64,000 bases of DNA from an uncultured Nitrososphaeraceae archaeon (GTDB lineage: Archaea > Thermoproteota > Nitrososphaeria > Nitrososphaerales > Nitrososphaeraceae), in contig CAWIMJ010000050.1 of assembly GCA_963837175.1 (NCBI GenBank), positions 128,001 to 192,000 on the forward strand, read 5' to 3'. A program made the position numbers and the translations under genes. Positions 55,669 to 64,000 of this stretch are shown here, one piece after another. Under the pieces are notes generated by a model, which saw nothing but the letters and a program-made list of their open reading frames with translations, made no database searches and was not told the origin of the DNA. The first letter of the stretch is position 1. Every line of letters starts with the position of its first letter.

Positions 55669-56331
55669 GTGTGTGAAGACTGTGGCTGCTTGTTAGTACA
55701 TAGCAACTCATTCACACTCGATAGTATGAGAGATGTACATAAACAATTATGTATTATTAAGAGGCAAAAAGCAATGGCTGCAGAATCTACTAAAGCCGTC
55801 GTAGCACCAAAACCAGCATCACTAACAGCAAAGGCTGCTGCCTCGGCCAGCACTCTGCCTTCACCTACACCATCTTCAACAGCCTCTCCTACTGCTTCTA
55901 CTCCTACTCCTACGACTATAGCTGCTTCAACAGTAGAAGGTGGAAGTAGTGGTAGTGGTAACACAACTATTTCTCTTAGCGGTACTGGAACCAACTATTC
56001 TAAGGTAGATGGACCTATAGACGCTGGCTTTAAATCAACGAGACAACAGGCAGGTACATTCCAAGATATTAAGGTATGGGGCCCTTTAGATCCTCCAGGA
56101 CAGCTTGGAATATGGGGAAATGAAGTATGTGTCGATTTTGATATATGCATAGCAGATGGAGCATGTATTGAGGCCTGTCCAGTGAATGTATATGAATGGC
56201 TAGATACTCCAGGACATCCTGCATCGGAAAAGAAACCTTTCATGATTAGAGAAAAGGATTGCATATTTTGTATGGCATGTGAGAATGTATGTCCTCCGCA
56301 AGCAGTTAAAATATTCCAAAAAAGTCAATAA
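55669..56331 (+). CDS. Zfx-type dicluster ferredoxin with an N-terminal C2HC finger and low-complexity linker
   Basis: [12 protein letters not shown] and [12 protein letters not shown] cluster motifs; N-terminal CEDC...H.3.C; alternative start ATG 55773-55775 region (MAAES). Confidence 0.88.
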   Translation: MCEDCGCLLVHSNSFTLDSMRDVHKQLCIIKRQKAMAAESTKAVVAPKPASLTAKAAASASTLPSPTPSSTASPTASTPTPTTIAASTVEGGSSGSGNTTISLSGTGTNYSKVDGPIDAGFKSTRQQAGTFQDIKVWGPLDPPGQLGIWGNEVCVDFDICIADGACIEACPVNVYEWLDTPGHPASEKKPFMIREKDCIFCMACENVCPPQAVKIFQKSQ

Positions 56332-56365
56332 TACTTTATTTTCGTATTATTTATTTTTATTTTTT

Positions 56366-56409
56366 ATCTATCTATATCTACCTTATTATCTATCCATCTA
56401 TCCATCCAT
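56366..56409. repeat. Degenerate ATCT/ATCC microsatellite
   Basis: tatctatctatatctaccttattatctatccatctatccatccat downstream of the ferredoxin. Confidence 0.5.
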
Positions 56410-56589
56410 GAATGTGACAAATATTCTTCCTTAATATATAATGTAACTATTTGTACAATTTGCAATGGTATTAGCCATCTAGAAATTCAATATTGGTCGC
56501 CTTTGAATCAACCTGCTATGATATGATGTTGAAGGAGATATACAAATATAGCCTCTTGTATATTTGCTTGATTTTAGTAGAAGACATAA

Positions 56590-57072
56590 ATGAAAGAGAA
56601 ATATGATGTGGTAGCAACTGGTGGAACGTTCGACGTCATACATGTTGGTCACTTGGCTTTGCTTTCAAAAGCATTTGAAGTAGGAAAGAAAGTAATTATC
56701 GGAGTTTCTAGTGATGCATTTGCAAGCATCGCTAAAGCTAATAATAAATTAACTCATAATTACGAGCAACGAGTTAATAACCTAAAAGAGAAAATTGAAG
56801 AGAAGTTTGGCAATGTTACTTATGAAATTAGCAAGCTCGATGATGTATATGGACCAACAGTAATTTATGGTCATGTAGAAGCGATCATATCAAGTACTGA
56901 AACAGCTGTAAACGGACACCTGATAAACGAGATACGTTCTAGGAATGGTCTAAAACCTCTTAATATTATCAGTGTTAATATGATACGAGCAGAAGACGGA
57001 AATCCCATTTCTTCTACAAGAATAAGAAAGGGTGAAATTGACTCCTATGGCAAATTGTTAAAGATAAGGTAA
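56590..57072 (+). CDS. coaD: Phosphopantetheine adenylyltransferase (archaeal type)
   Basis: GGTFDVIHVGH, YGPT, S.ET and ISSTRIRKGEID. Confidence 0.92.
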   Translation: MKEKYDVVATGGTFDVIHVGHLALLSKAFEVGKKVIIGVSSDAFASIAKANNKLTHNYEQRVNNLKEKIEEKFGNVTYEISKLDDVYGPTVIYGHVEAIISSTETAVNGHLINEIRSRNGLKPLNIISVNMIRAEDGNPISSTRIRKGEIDSYGKLLKIR

Positions 57073-57134
57073 AGAAGTATCAAACATTCTTGATTAATTG
57101 TATTTTATTTAGATTGATACAGTGTATCTGAAGC

Positions 57135-57479
57135 ATGAATACTTATAACGATAATCCATTTGAAATCTCTTTCAGTAGAATTGACACGACGATAAAGAAT
57201 CTCAAGGAAGGGCTAGACCCTGAGAATCTCGCTTATTGGTATAAAAGAATAGAAGAACGAGCAATCGAAATTGCTCCTACTCACTTAAAAGAGAAGATTC
57301 ATTTCCGACAAGACAGGATTCTATGGATGAAATTTAAGATCGATATATCAAAACGGGCAGTGCCTTACATGATACAAGTAATTGAACAATATATTCCAAT
57401 AATGCCCTATTCTACAAGTCTGTATTTTCAAAAGATTCAATATATGCTGACAGATAAAGTGAAAAAAGAACTATGCTAA
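57135..57479 (+). CDS. Hypothetical protein (114 aa)
   Basis: Clean ORF co-oriented with coaD. Confidence 0.7.
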   Translation: MNTYNDNPFEISFSRIDTTIKNLKEGLDPENLAYWYKRIEERAIEIAPTHLKEKIHFRQDRILWMKFKIDISKRAVPYMIQVIEQYIPIMPYSTSLYFQKIQYMLTDKVKKELC

Positions 57480-57564
57480 AAAATTTTAGAAGCAAAGATA
57501 AGAACTTCATAAAGCAGAGAATGAAGGTAGAAGCATAATGATCCTCTCTCAAGTCAAATGCGTA

Positions 57565-57858
57565 TTAGTGTTCCGAAACAATAACTTCAATAACATAGTT
57601 TTCAAATTTACTTTCTATGACTAATTTTTTTTCTTTCACTACTTCTTCTATCATATATTTTAACTTGAGTGCGGTATTGTTGTCTTTAAGTAAGACACTG
57701 TGTGAGGATTTATCTTTTAGAATTAAGACTATCTCATTATTGATAACTGCAGCGACACCTGCGACCATTGAAGTATTATCTTTTTGAGCCGCGATCAGAC
57801 TGGCTAGTTTCTCTGCTTCATATTTATCTTCGCATTGGAATTTTAATGAAAATGTCAT
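57565..57858 (-). CDS. Hypothetical protein
   Basis: ORF directly downstream of trpS; ATG 57858 preferred. Confidence 0.7.
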   Translation of the reverse strand: MTFSLKFQCEDKYEAEKLASLIAAQKDNTSMVAGVAAVINNEIVLILKDKSSHSVLLKDNNTALKLKYMIEEVVKEKKLVIESKFENYVIEVIVSEH

Positions 57859-57868
57859 GGTAGTTAAC

Positions 57869-59038
57869 CTAAGTCTCTCCATTATACATGAATTCCTGGA
57901 TTACATCTTTTGCATTTTCCCGGCGTTTCTTGAACTCTATTATAAAAGACTTAGACTGTCTGGCCAGATCGCTCTTGCATTCTCCGCAAAGCAAGTTTCC
58001 GCTTCTACATTTTAATAAGCGCTCATCAGATTGTCTTTCTGTATCAAAGAAATAACGTAGGTACCAGAATACTGGACACCCAGCCGGGTTACCTCCCAAT
58101 TTTCTTTGAAGCGCAACGGTAGCTTGTCCTCCTGTGAATGCACTCGAAACCTTTTTTTCTACGATTTCAGGATCATCTGTTGTAAACAACGCTGTCTCAG
58201 GTTTTGAGGAAGACATCTTGCCTGAAATTCCAAGACCAGGTAGAAACTTGCTGTGAATCTGAGCAGGTTTATAATATCCTAGACGTTCTGCTACATCTCG
58301 GGTCATTCTCCAATAAGGATCTTGATCTATCGCTGCTGGGATCAAGACCGGAATTGGTTTTCCTTCTAGAATTGAAGGCAAAAAACATGGAGCAGCTTGT
58401 ATTGATGGAAATCCTATCATGCCTATGTTTGTAGAATTTGAAAAACCAAACACTGCCCTTGCAGTAGACAGTGTAATTCGTTTTGCGACTTCTAGTGCTA
58501 TAGGATATAAATGTTTGATATGTTTTGTATTCACAATTATCTTCGTCTTTCTTCTATCAAAACCAACTGCGATGATATCTAATATGTTCTCATAAGTATA
58601 AGTTTGTGTCTGTTCTAGACTACGGTCCTGGCCATAAAGAAATTTTTCATCGTCTGTTATTTGAAACAGTAATTTAGCATTAAATTTGTCCTGAAGGTAT
58701 TTTGTAAAAATCCATGGTAGTAGGTGACCCATATGTATCATGCCTGAAGGTCCCCTGCCTGTATAAAGATAGAATTGATCACCCTTCTCATACTTGCTCA
58801 AAATCCAGTCAAAGTCCCGATGGGAAAAGAAGTACTGAAGCTTTAACATTGGATGCATTTCTCCAATTAGATCTTTTACTTTCTTTAGTATGTCAGGTGT
58901 AATTATTTGTGTGCCAAACTTTTCTATCAGTTTATTGTAGTCTATTTCGCCTTCTACTTCCCACGGTGTCACCTTGAATTCGTCATGAATATTATTTTTA
59001 GTTTCTTCATTATGACTGCTTTGAATAGGATCCACCAT
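57869..59038 (-). CDS. trpS: Tryptophan--tRNA ligase
   Basis: VTPWEV, YTGRGPS, HMGH, DQDPY and KMSSS. Confidence 0.97.
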   Translation of the reverse strand: MVDPIQSSHNEETKNNIHDEFKVTPWEVEGEIDYNKLIEKFGTQIITPDILKKVKDLIGEMHPMLKLQYFFSHRDFDWILSKYEKGDQFYLYTGRGPSGMIHMGHLLPWIFTKYLQDKFNAKLLFQITDDEKFLYGQDRSLEQTQTYTYENILDIIAVGFDRRKTKIIVNTKHIKHLYPIALEVAKRITLSTARAVFGFSNSTNIGMIGFPSIQAAPCFLPSILEGKPIPVLIPAAIDQDPYWRMTRDVAERLGYYKPAQIHSKFLPGLGISGKMSSSKPETALFTTDDPEIVEKKVSSAFTGGQATVALQRKLGGNPAGCPVFWYLRYFFDTERQSDERLLKCRSGNLLCGECKSDLARQSKSFIIEFKKRRENAKDVIQEFMYNGET

Positions 59039-59102
59039 TACTTTTCAATTCTGACACGACAAGCATTTTAAAGGTTTAAAAAGTCTTCTTCTCCTGACAA
59101 CC

Positions 59103-60647
59103 TTGGCAACAATGAGTAATAGTATCAAACTCCATCCAATTGAGAGATCCCTATTACAGATACTTGCTACCAACCAACAGATATCTACTGAAAGAATTGC
59201 ACATATTTCTAACCTTAGTATTGATCAGGTCAGACGTGGTATAGAATGGTTAAAGTTTAAGAATTTAATATCTTTAACTGATAAATCAATTACTATAATC
59301 ATGTCTGCATCAAATATAGAGAGCACAATAATACAAGAATTACCAGAAAGGATGCTCGTGAAAACAATAAAAGAAAAAGGAAAAAAGAATTTAGAAACAG
59401 GTGAGCATTATATTAGTATAAAAGATCTCAAACAAGATTTTTCATTCGGTAATAATACCAGCGCAGCCTTTCAACACGCTTTAAGAAACAAATGGATCGA
59501 GCAACGAAAAACGTCCAATAGAGAGAAAGAAATAGTTGTGACTCTCTTAGCAAATGATCAGTCAGCAGAAGAAAAATTATTGCAGAAATTGAATAGTCAA
59601 AAAAAAATTACAAAATCAAATCTGAATCCGGAAGAATTACAAGCATTTGATCTGCTTAAAAAACGTCCTGGTTATTTAATAGAAAAAAAGGAGAAGACTG
59701 CTGAAATCTCTCTATCTTCAGAGGGTAAGCAATTGTTATTAACATTGATCCATCAGCCTGCATTAGAAGAACGTAGACTAACTCCGGAAATGATAACTTC
59801 GGCAAGATGGAGAAACATTAAATTCAGTCCGTTAGATGTAGAATCGCCCGTACAATCTTTATATCCAGGTAGAAAACATCCATTAACTGATATAATTGAC
59901 GAAGTGAAGGAAATTTTTGTTGGTATGGGATTTACAGAAATCGATGGTCCCATAATCCAGTCTAGTTTTTGGAACTTTGATGTACTTTTTACTCCGCAGG
60001 ATCACTCTGCGAGGGAAATGCATGATACTTTCTACGTTTCACGAATAAAGGAGAATAGACTTCCTATAGATGATCAAATTAAAAAGATCTCTGAAGCTCA
60101 CAGAAACGGATGGAAATATGAATGGGATATTGAGGAAGCAAAACGAATAGTTCTACGGACACATACTACATGTGTTACTATAAATTATCTTGCAGAAAAC
60201 AAACCTGAAAAATGCAGAATATTTTCCATAGGTAGAGTTTTTAGAAACGAAAAGGTGTCATATAAACATCTGATTGAATTTAATCAAGTAGAAGGAATTG
60301 TTACAGATCCAAATATTACATTGCGAGATTTAATGGGTCTTCAAACTGAATTTTATAAAAGGTTAGGAATCAACAGAATCAAGTTCTGGCCTACTTATTT
60401 TCCATACACTGAACCGTCGCTTCAATCTATGATATATATTGAGTCCTTAGGAAAGTGGGTAGAGTTATTTGGGATGGGAATATTAAGACCTGAAATAACC
60501 TCATCTATTGGGATAAAGAATCCAGTTCTAGCATGGGGAGGAGGATTAGAAAGGATCGCAATGTTACGCTTCGGATTAAATGATGTTCGCGATTTATATC
60601 GTAATGACTTAAAGTGGCTCAGGGGTGTTCCCTTTTGCCTGTTGTAA
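59103..60647 (+). CDS. pheS: Phenylalanine--tRNA ligase alpha subunit
   Basis: FWNFDVLF.PQDHSAREMHDTF, LRTHTT, FRNE, FPYTEPS and GLERIAM. Confidence 0.97.
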   Translation: MATMSNSIKLHPIERSLLQILATNQQISTERIAHISNLSIDQVRRGIEWLKFKNLISLTDKSITIIMSASNIESTIIQELPERMLVKTIKEKGKKNLETGEHYISIKDLKQDFSFGNNTSAAFQHALRNKWIEQRKTSNREKEIVVTLLANDQSAEEKLLQKLNSQKKITKSNLNPEELQAFDLLKKRPGYLIEKKEKTAEISLSSEGKQLLLTLIHQPALEERRLTPEMITSARWRNIKFSPLDVESPVQSLYPGRKHPLTDIIDEVKEIFVGMGFTEIDGPIIQSSFWNFDVLFTPQDHSAREMHDTFYVSRIKENRLPIDDQIKKISEAHRNGWKYEWDIEEAKRIVLRTHTTCVTINYLAENKPEKCRIFSIGRVFRNEKVSYKHLIEFNQVEGIVTDPNITLRDLMGLQTEFYKRLGINRIKFWPTYFPYTEPSLQSMIYIESLGKWVELFGMGILRPEITSSIGIKNPVLAWGGGLERIAMLRFGLNDVRDLYRNDLKWLRGVPFCLL

Positions 60648-62296
60648 ACGTCACTACTAGCTTATTAAATAAATTCTTCCCAGGGAAGGATCTTGCTGAG
60701 TTAATAGATTTTCTCCCCTACATAGGACTTGATATAGAAGGAATCGATCAGGAAGTGCTTAGAGTAGAGTACAATCCAAACAGGCCTGATTTTGCTTCAG
60801 CTTATGGAATTGTTCGGGCATTAAAAGGGATATTGGCTTTTGAAACTGGAATTCCAAAATTTCGCTTGTTGATGAATAGCATTTACAAAATCAACGTAGA
60901 GTCGTCGGTAAAAGAGATTAGGCCTATTATTGTATCTTTAGTCGCAAAAAAAGGTGACGTACATGACAATGAGGCAATCAAACAATTAATTTCAATGCAA
61001 GAAGATCTTCATGATGGCATAGGTAGAAGGAGAAAAAAGGCTTCAATCGGAATACATGACTTGGAATCAATAAAATTTCCAATTACATATAAAACTGTAT
61101 CTGATGATTTTTCCTTTGTTCCGCTCGGTGAATTATCGAGTAATACTATTAAGCAGATTTTAAATGAATTTGATATTGGTAGACAATATAGGCATATTTT
61201 GGAGAATTCGAATAGATATCCTATAATTGTAGATGAGGCTAATAATATACTGTCGCTTCCGCCTATCATCAATGGTAATGTAACTAAAGTTACTCCTGAA
61301 ACTAACAATCTCTTTATCGAGATTACCGCGAACAATCAAAAGGCAGCCGACGATATTCTTGCTATATTAGCGATTACATTACACGATATTGGCTTTGAAA
61401 TTCATAGTGTTTCTATTAATAGTTCAGGTGTGATACAAGTTACTCCTAGGATGAATACACTTTCTATTGACGTGAGTGTCGGTTATATTAATAGTATGCT
61501 TGGATTAGAATTAACTAAGAACGACATCGTATGCTTTTTGAAGAAAAGTAGGTTAGATGCCTATCCAGCAGATAAAGATATTATTACCTGTATCATTCCA
61601 AGGTATCGTACAGATATACTTCATGCTATAGATATCGTAGAAGAAGTAGCAATAGGATATGGCATCTATAACTTGAAACCGAGAATGTCCGCTTGGACTT
61701 CAATTGGTCAGAAAAGTTCTCTTTCAATTTATTTTGACATTATAAGACGTACATTAGCCGGATTAAATATGTTAGAAGTTGTGAATTTTAGCCTTGTTAA
61801 TAAAAAATCTCAATACGAACTTATTGGTTTAAAAACACCTGACAATATTTTGTCTGTAGATGCGACAAAAAGTAGGGACCATGAATTACTAAGAGCATCT
61901 ATGATTCCATCACTATTACAATCATTATCTCATAATGTGCACTGGCAATATCCTCAAAGATTATTTGAAATAGGAAAAATTTTCCATCTAGACAATACGA
62001 TTAAAGAAAGTTGGTGCCTAGCCGCTGTTACTGCACATAACAATGCAGATTTTACCGAGATAAAATCGATTATGCAGACATTCTTAAAAATCGCCTTTAA
62101 TAAAGACAAAGAGATTTTTACCCAAGAAAATGCAAATCCTTTTTTTATTGAAGGAAGGTCTGCAAAAGTTGTTTTAGATAAAAAATCTCTTGTTGGAATG
62201 ATTGGAGAGATTACACCTTTGGCTATAGATAATTTCAAAATCAGGGTACCAGTTTCAGCTTTTGAACTAAATCTATCCCAATTACTTGGAATATAG
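60635..62296 (+). CDS. pheT: Phenylalanine--tRNA ligase beta subunit
   Basis: NRPD, QEDLH.IGR.RKKASIGIHD, YRTDILH.IDIVEE and LFEIG; TTG 60635 (MPVV) preferred as start. Confidence 0.96.
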   Translation: MPVVNVTTSLLNKFFPGKDLAELIDFLPYIGLDIEGIDQEVLRVEYNPNRPDFASAYGIVRALKGILAFETGIPKFRLLMNSIYKINVESSVKEIRPIIVSLVAKKGDVHDNEAIKQLISMQEDLHDGIGRRRKKASIGIHDLESIKFPITYKTVSDDFSFVPLGELSSNTIKQILNEFDIGRQYRHILENSNRYPIIVDEANNILSLPPIINGNVTKVTPETNNLFIEITANNQKAADDILAILAITLHDIGFEIHSVSINSSGVIQVTPRMNTLSIDVSVGYINSMLGLELTKNDIVCFLKKSRLDAYPADKDIITCIIPRYRTDILHAIDIVEEVAIGYGIYNLKPRMSAWTSIGQKSSLSIYFDIIRRTLAGLNMLEVVNFSLVNKKSQYELIGLKTPDNILSVDATKSRDHELLRASMIPSLLQSLSHNVHWQYPQRLFEIGKIFHLDNTIKESWCLAAVTAHNNADFTEIKSIMQTFLKIAFNKDKEIFTQENANPFFIEGRSAKVVLDKKSLVGMIGEITPLAIDNFKIRVPVSAFELNLSQLLGI

Positions 62297-62413
62297 TTTA
62301 TCTTTATATTTGTGAATAAATATTCTGAATAGTGCGTATTATTAGTGGACGAGAGGAATGGAAAATAATGATTATTTTCATGATTTTCAATTTTTCCCAT
62401 CCACTAGAATATC

Positions 62414-62498
62414 GCACCCCGTTATAGAGAGTACACGCGGAGGAGTACACATGCGTGTATGGCTACCAATGAATACGTGTGGGTCAGAGGCGGGGCAC
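62414..62498. ncRNA. Candidate structured non-coding RNA (GC-rich island)
   Basis: About 56% GC over 85 nt by hand count in AT-rich surroundings; CCCCG/CGGGG closing stem and TACACGC/GCGTGTA inner stem. Confidence 0.35.
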
Positions 62499-62769
62499 AT
62501 TTATTATATAGATTTTCTGATTATACCTGCGAAAGGTCAATATCATAATTTTTAATGGACTATGAGTATAATATGTAATAATAACAGCTATCGATATATG
62601 TATAATTATCCTATTGACCCATATAAAGAACAGAATTTCTCTAATTCCTACTAGGCAGGTAAATTTTGCCACCCAAATCCCATTTGATCTGGAAAATCAC
62701 ATTTACCTCCTACAAACATTCTTTTGCACTAATTAATTATGCAGATATACAATCCTTATTGCTGATACA

Positions 62770-62919
62770 ATGAAGTATATATCGGCGATTGATGTGATTG
62801 GTAAATGTGATCAATGTGGACTGGAAAATGTTGAAATTACAGTAAAAAAGTCGAATCGAAATAAGGAGCTCAAACTTTGTAATCAATGCAAACCAACAGA
62901 TGGTGCATACGGATATTAG
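62770..62919 (+). CDS. Micro zinc-finger protein (49 aa), not in the ORF track
   Basis: Hand translation MKYISAIDVIGKCDQCGLENVEITVKKSNRNKELKLCNQCKPTDGAYGY*; CxxC...CxxC. Confidence 0.65.
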   Translation: MKYISAIDVIGKCDQCGLENVEITVKKSNRNKELKLCNQCKPTDGAYGY

Positions 62920-63461
62920 ATAATTATACATGGAGAAAATAATTTATTATAGAAGGAAACTCATTTCTCTCATTATGGTTGTTTAAAGTCACAAATATAT
63001 TCCACATTTTCATCCTTAGACTGATTGGAGTCTGGATTTATTTATTGCAATATTAGTATCAATCATATACTTTAAAATATCCTTCATTTTAGAATAAAAT
63101 ATTAGTGTATTGATATTTTGTTTCAATAATAATATATTTTCGTATAACGGTCAACTTAAACACTTAAACTGAATTTTTCCTTTTCATATTCATATTAATG
63201 ACATCGCTTAATATCTGGTAAATAATGGATAGTAGAGAATAATCAACGAGAGAGGTCTATGGTTTAAGTAGAAAACAATTTTGTAAATTTATAATTTTCT
63301 TCACGAACCTTCAGAAATACTCAAAATATAAGCAATTATAAAATGAAACTACTTTATCCAAAAAGAAATTCGATTAAATAAAAGAATGGTATTGAGAGAT
63401 AATTCATATCTAAAATTTCCTCGATGTCTTCAGATAATCTAATCACAACTGATTTACGAAT

Positions 63462-64000
63462 TTAATTTAGATTGAGTTGCCCTTTTAAATTCTTATACCT
63501 GTTTCTAAGTCACTTCAGTCACACCTGCTGCATCAGCAATGTCTGATTGAGTTCTGCTTTCTCCCCTATTCAAACAAGAAAGATAAATTACTGATGCGGC
63601 AAGTCCCATAGGATCTTTACCTGCTGAAATACCACTTGTAGTGACGCTATGCATGATATCCATTGCTTGAGGTTTTGTCTTCTCGCTTAGATTAGCCTTG
63701 TTTGCCACTCTAACAATACACTTAACAGGGTCAATCATAGGAATTTTATAATTAAGTTCGAGAATCAGAAGTCTATAAGTTCTTGCGATATCCTTGCGTT
63801 TGATATTGCTTATAGAGGTGATATCTTTAGGTGTTCTTGAGATACCCAATCTCTCTGCACGCAATATATATAGAATCTGCTAGTACTGAAGAAACGGTTC
63901 TACCTCGAACTAATCCATGCTCATGAGCTTTTCGGTATATCTATGCGGTTTTTTCTATCATGACATCTGACAATCCGAGCTTATCATTTAATCTTTCAAG
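63462..64000 (-). pseudogene. tfb: TFB paralogue, disrupted (5' part outside the window)
   Basis: LERLNDKLGLS...KTA*IYRKA...VRGRT with an in-frame TAG at ~63941, frameshifts near 63845 and 63506, and tail RNRYKNLK. Confidence 0.85.

Noticed and set aside
1165-62931. Many antisense or nested ORFs in the track (for example 5303..5659, 20265..20672, 47968..48408, 55656..55994, 61954..62400)
   Set aside because: Shadow frames of well-supported genes on the opposite strand or in another frame
63941-63943. In-frame TAG in the TFB paralogue as possible pyrrolysine or readthrough
   Set aside because: The same gene carries two frameshifts, no pyl genes are in the window, and TAG is an ordinary stop in other genes here
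1-64000. CRISPR arrays, IS elements, prophage or defence genes, rRNA
   Set aside because: No repeat-spacer periodicity and no transposase, integrase, capsid or nuclease motifs seen; no long rRNA-like segment

Overview
AT-rich archaeal chromosome segment, most consistent with an ammonia-oxidising Nitrososphaeria member (Nitrososphaeraceae-like). Support comes from a beta-alpha fused ADP-forming 3-hydroxypropionate-CoA ligase beside gdhA and iscA, a cupredoxin, multiple TFBs, standalone receiver domains and long intergenic spacers. It is mostly core genome: aRF1, cysS, metG, NMN adenylyltransferase, ilvC, two ahcY paralogues, Dpp permeases, TFB, aIF1, Sec61beta, DUF2070, tRNA-Val(CAC), PiT/DUF47, a CDF transporter, ribL/ribK, dnaG, tatA, gdhA, coaD, trpS and pheST. 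I found no CRISPR array, transposase, integrase or rRNA, and no obvious multi-gene novel system. Main observations: (1) eight single-base insertions that break otherwise intact genes all fall in GCWGC and/or AGCT contexts, suggesting methylation-linked long-read errors and so a hidden methylation motif; (2) a Zfx-type 7Fe ferredoxin lacks its Zn ligands but carries an in-frame C2HC finger on a long Pro/Ser/Thr/Ala linker; (3) a GC-rich, foldable ncRNA candidate lies after pheT; (4) several unannotated micro zinc-finger ORFs are present; (5) the two SAH hydrolases are divergent. All functional calls rest on motif recognition by eye, with no database searches.
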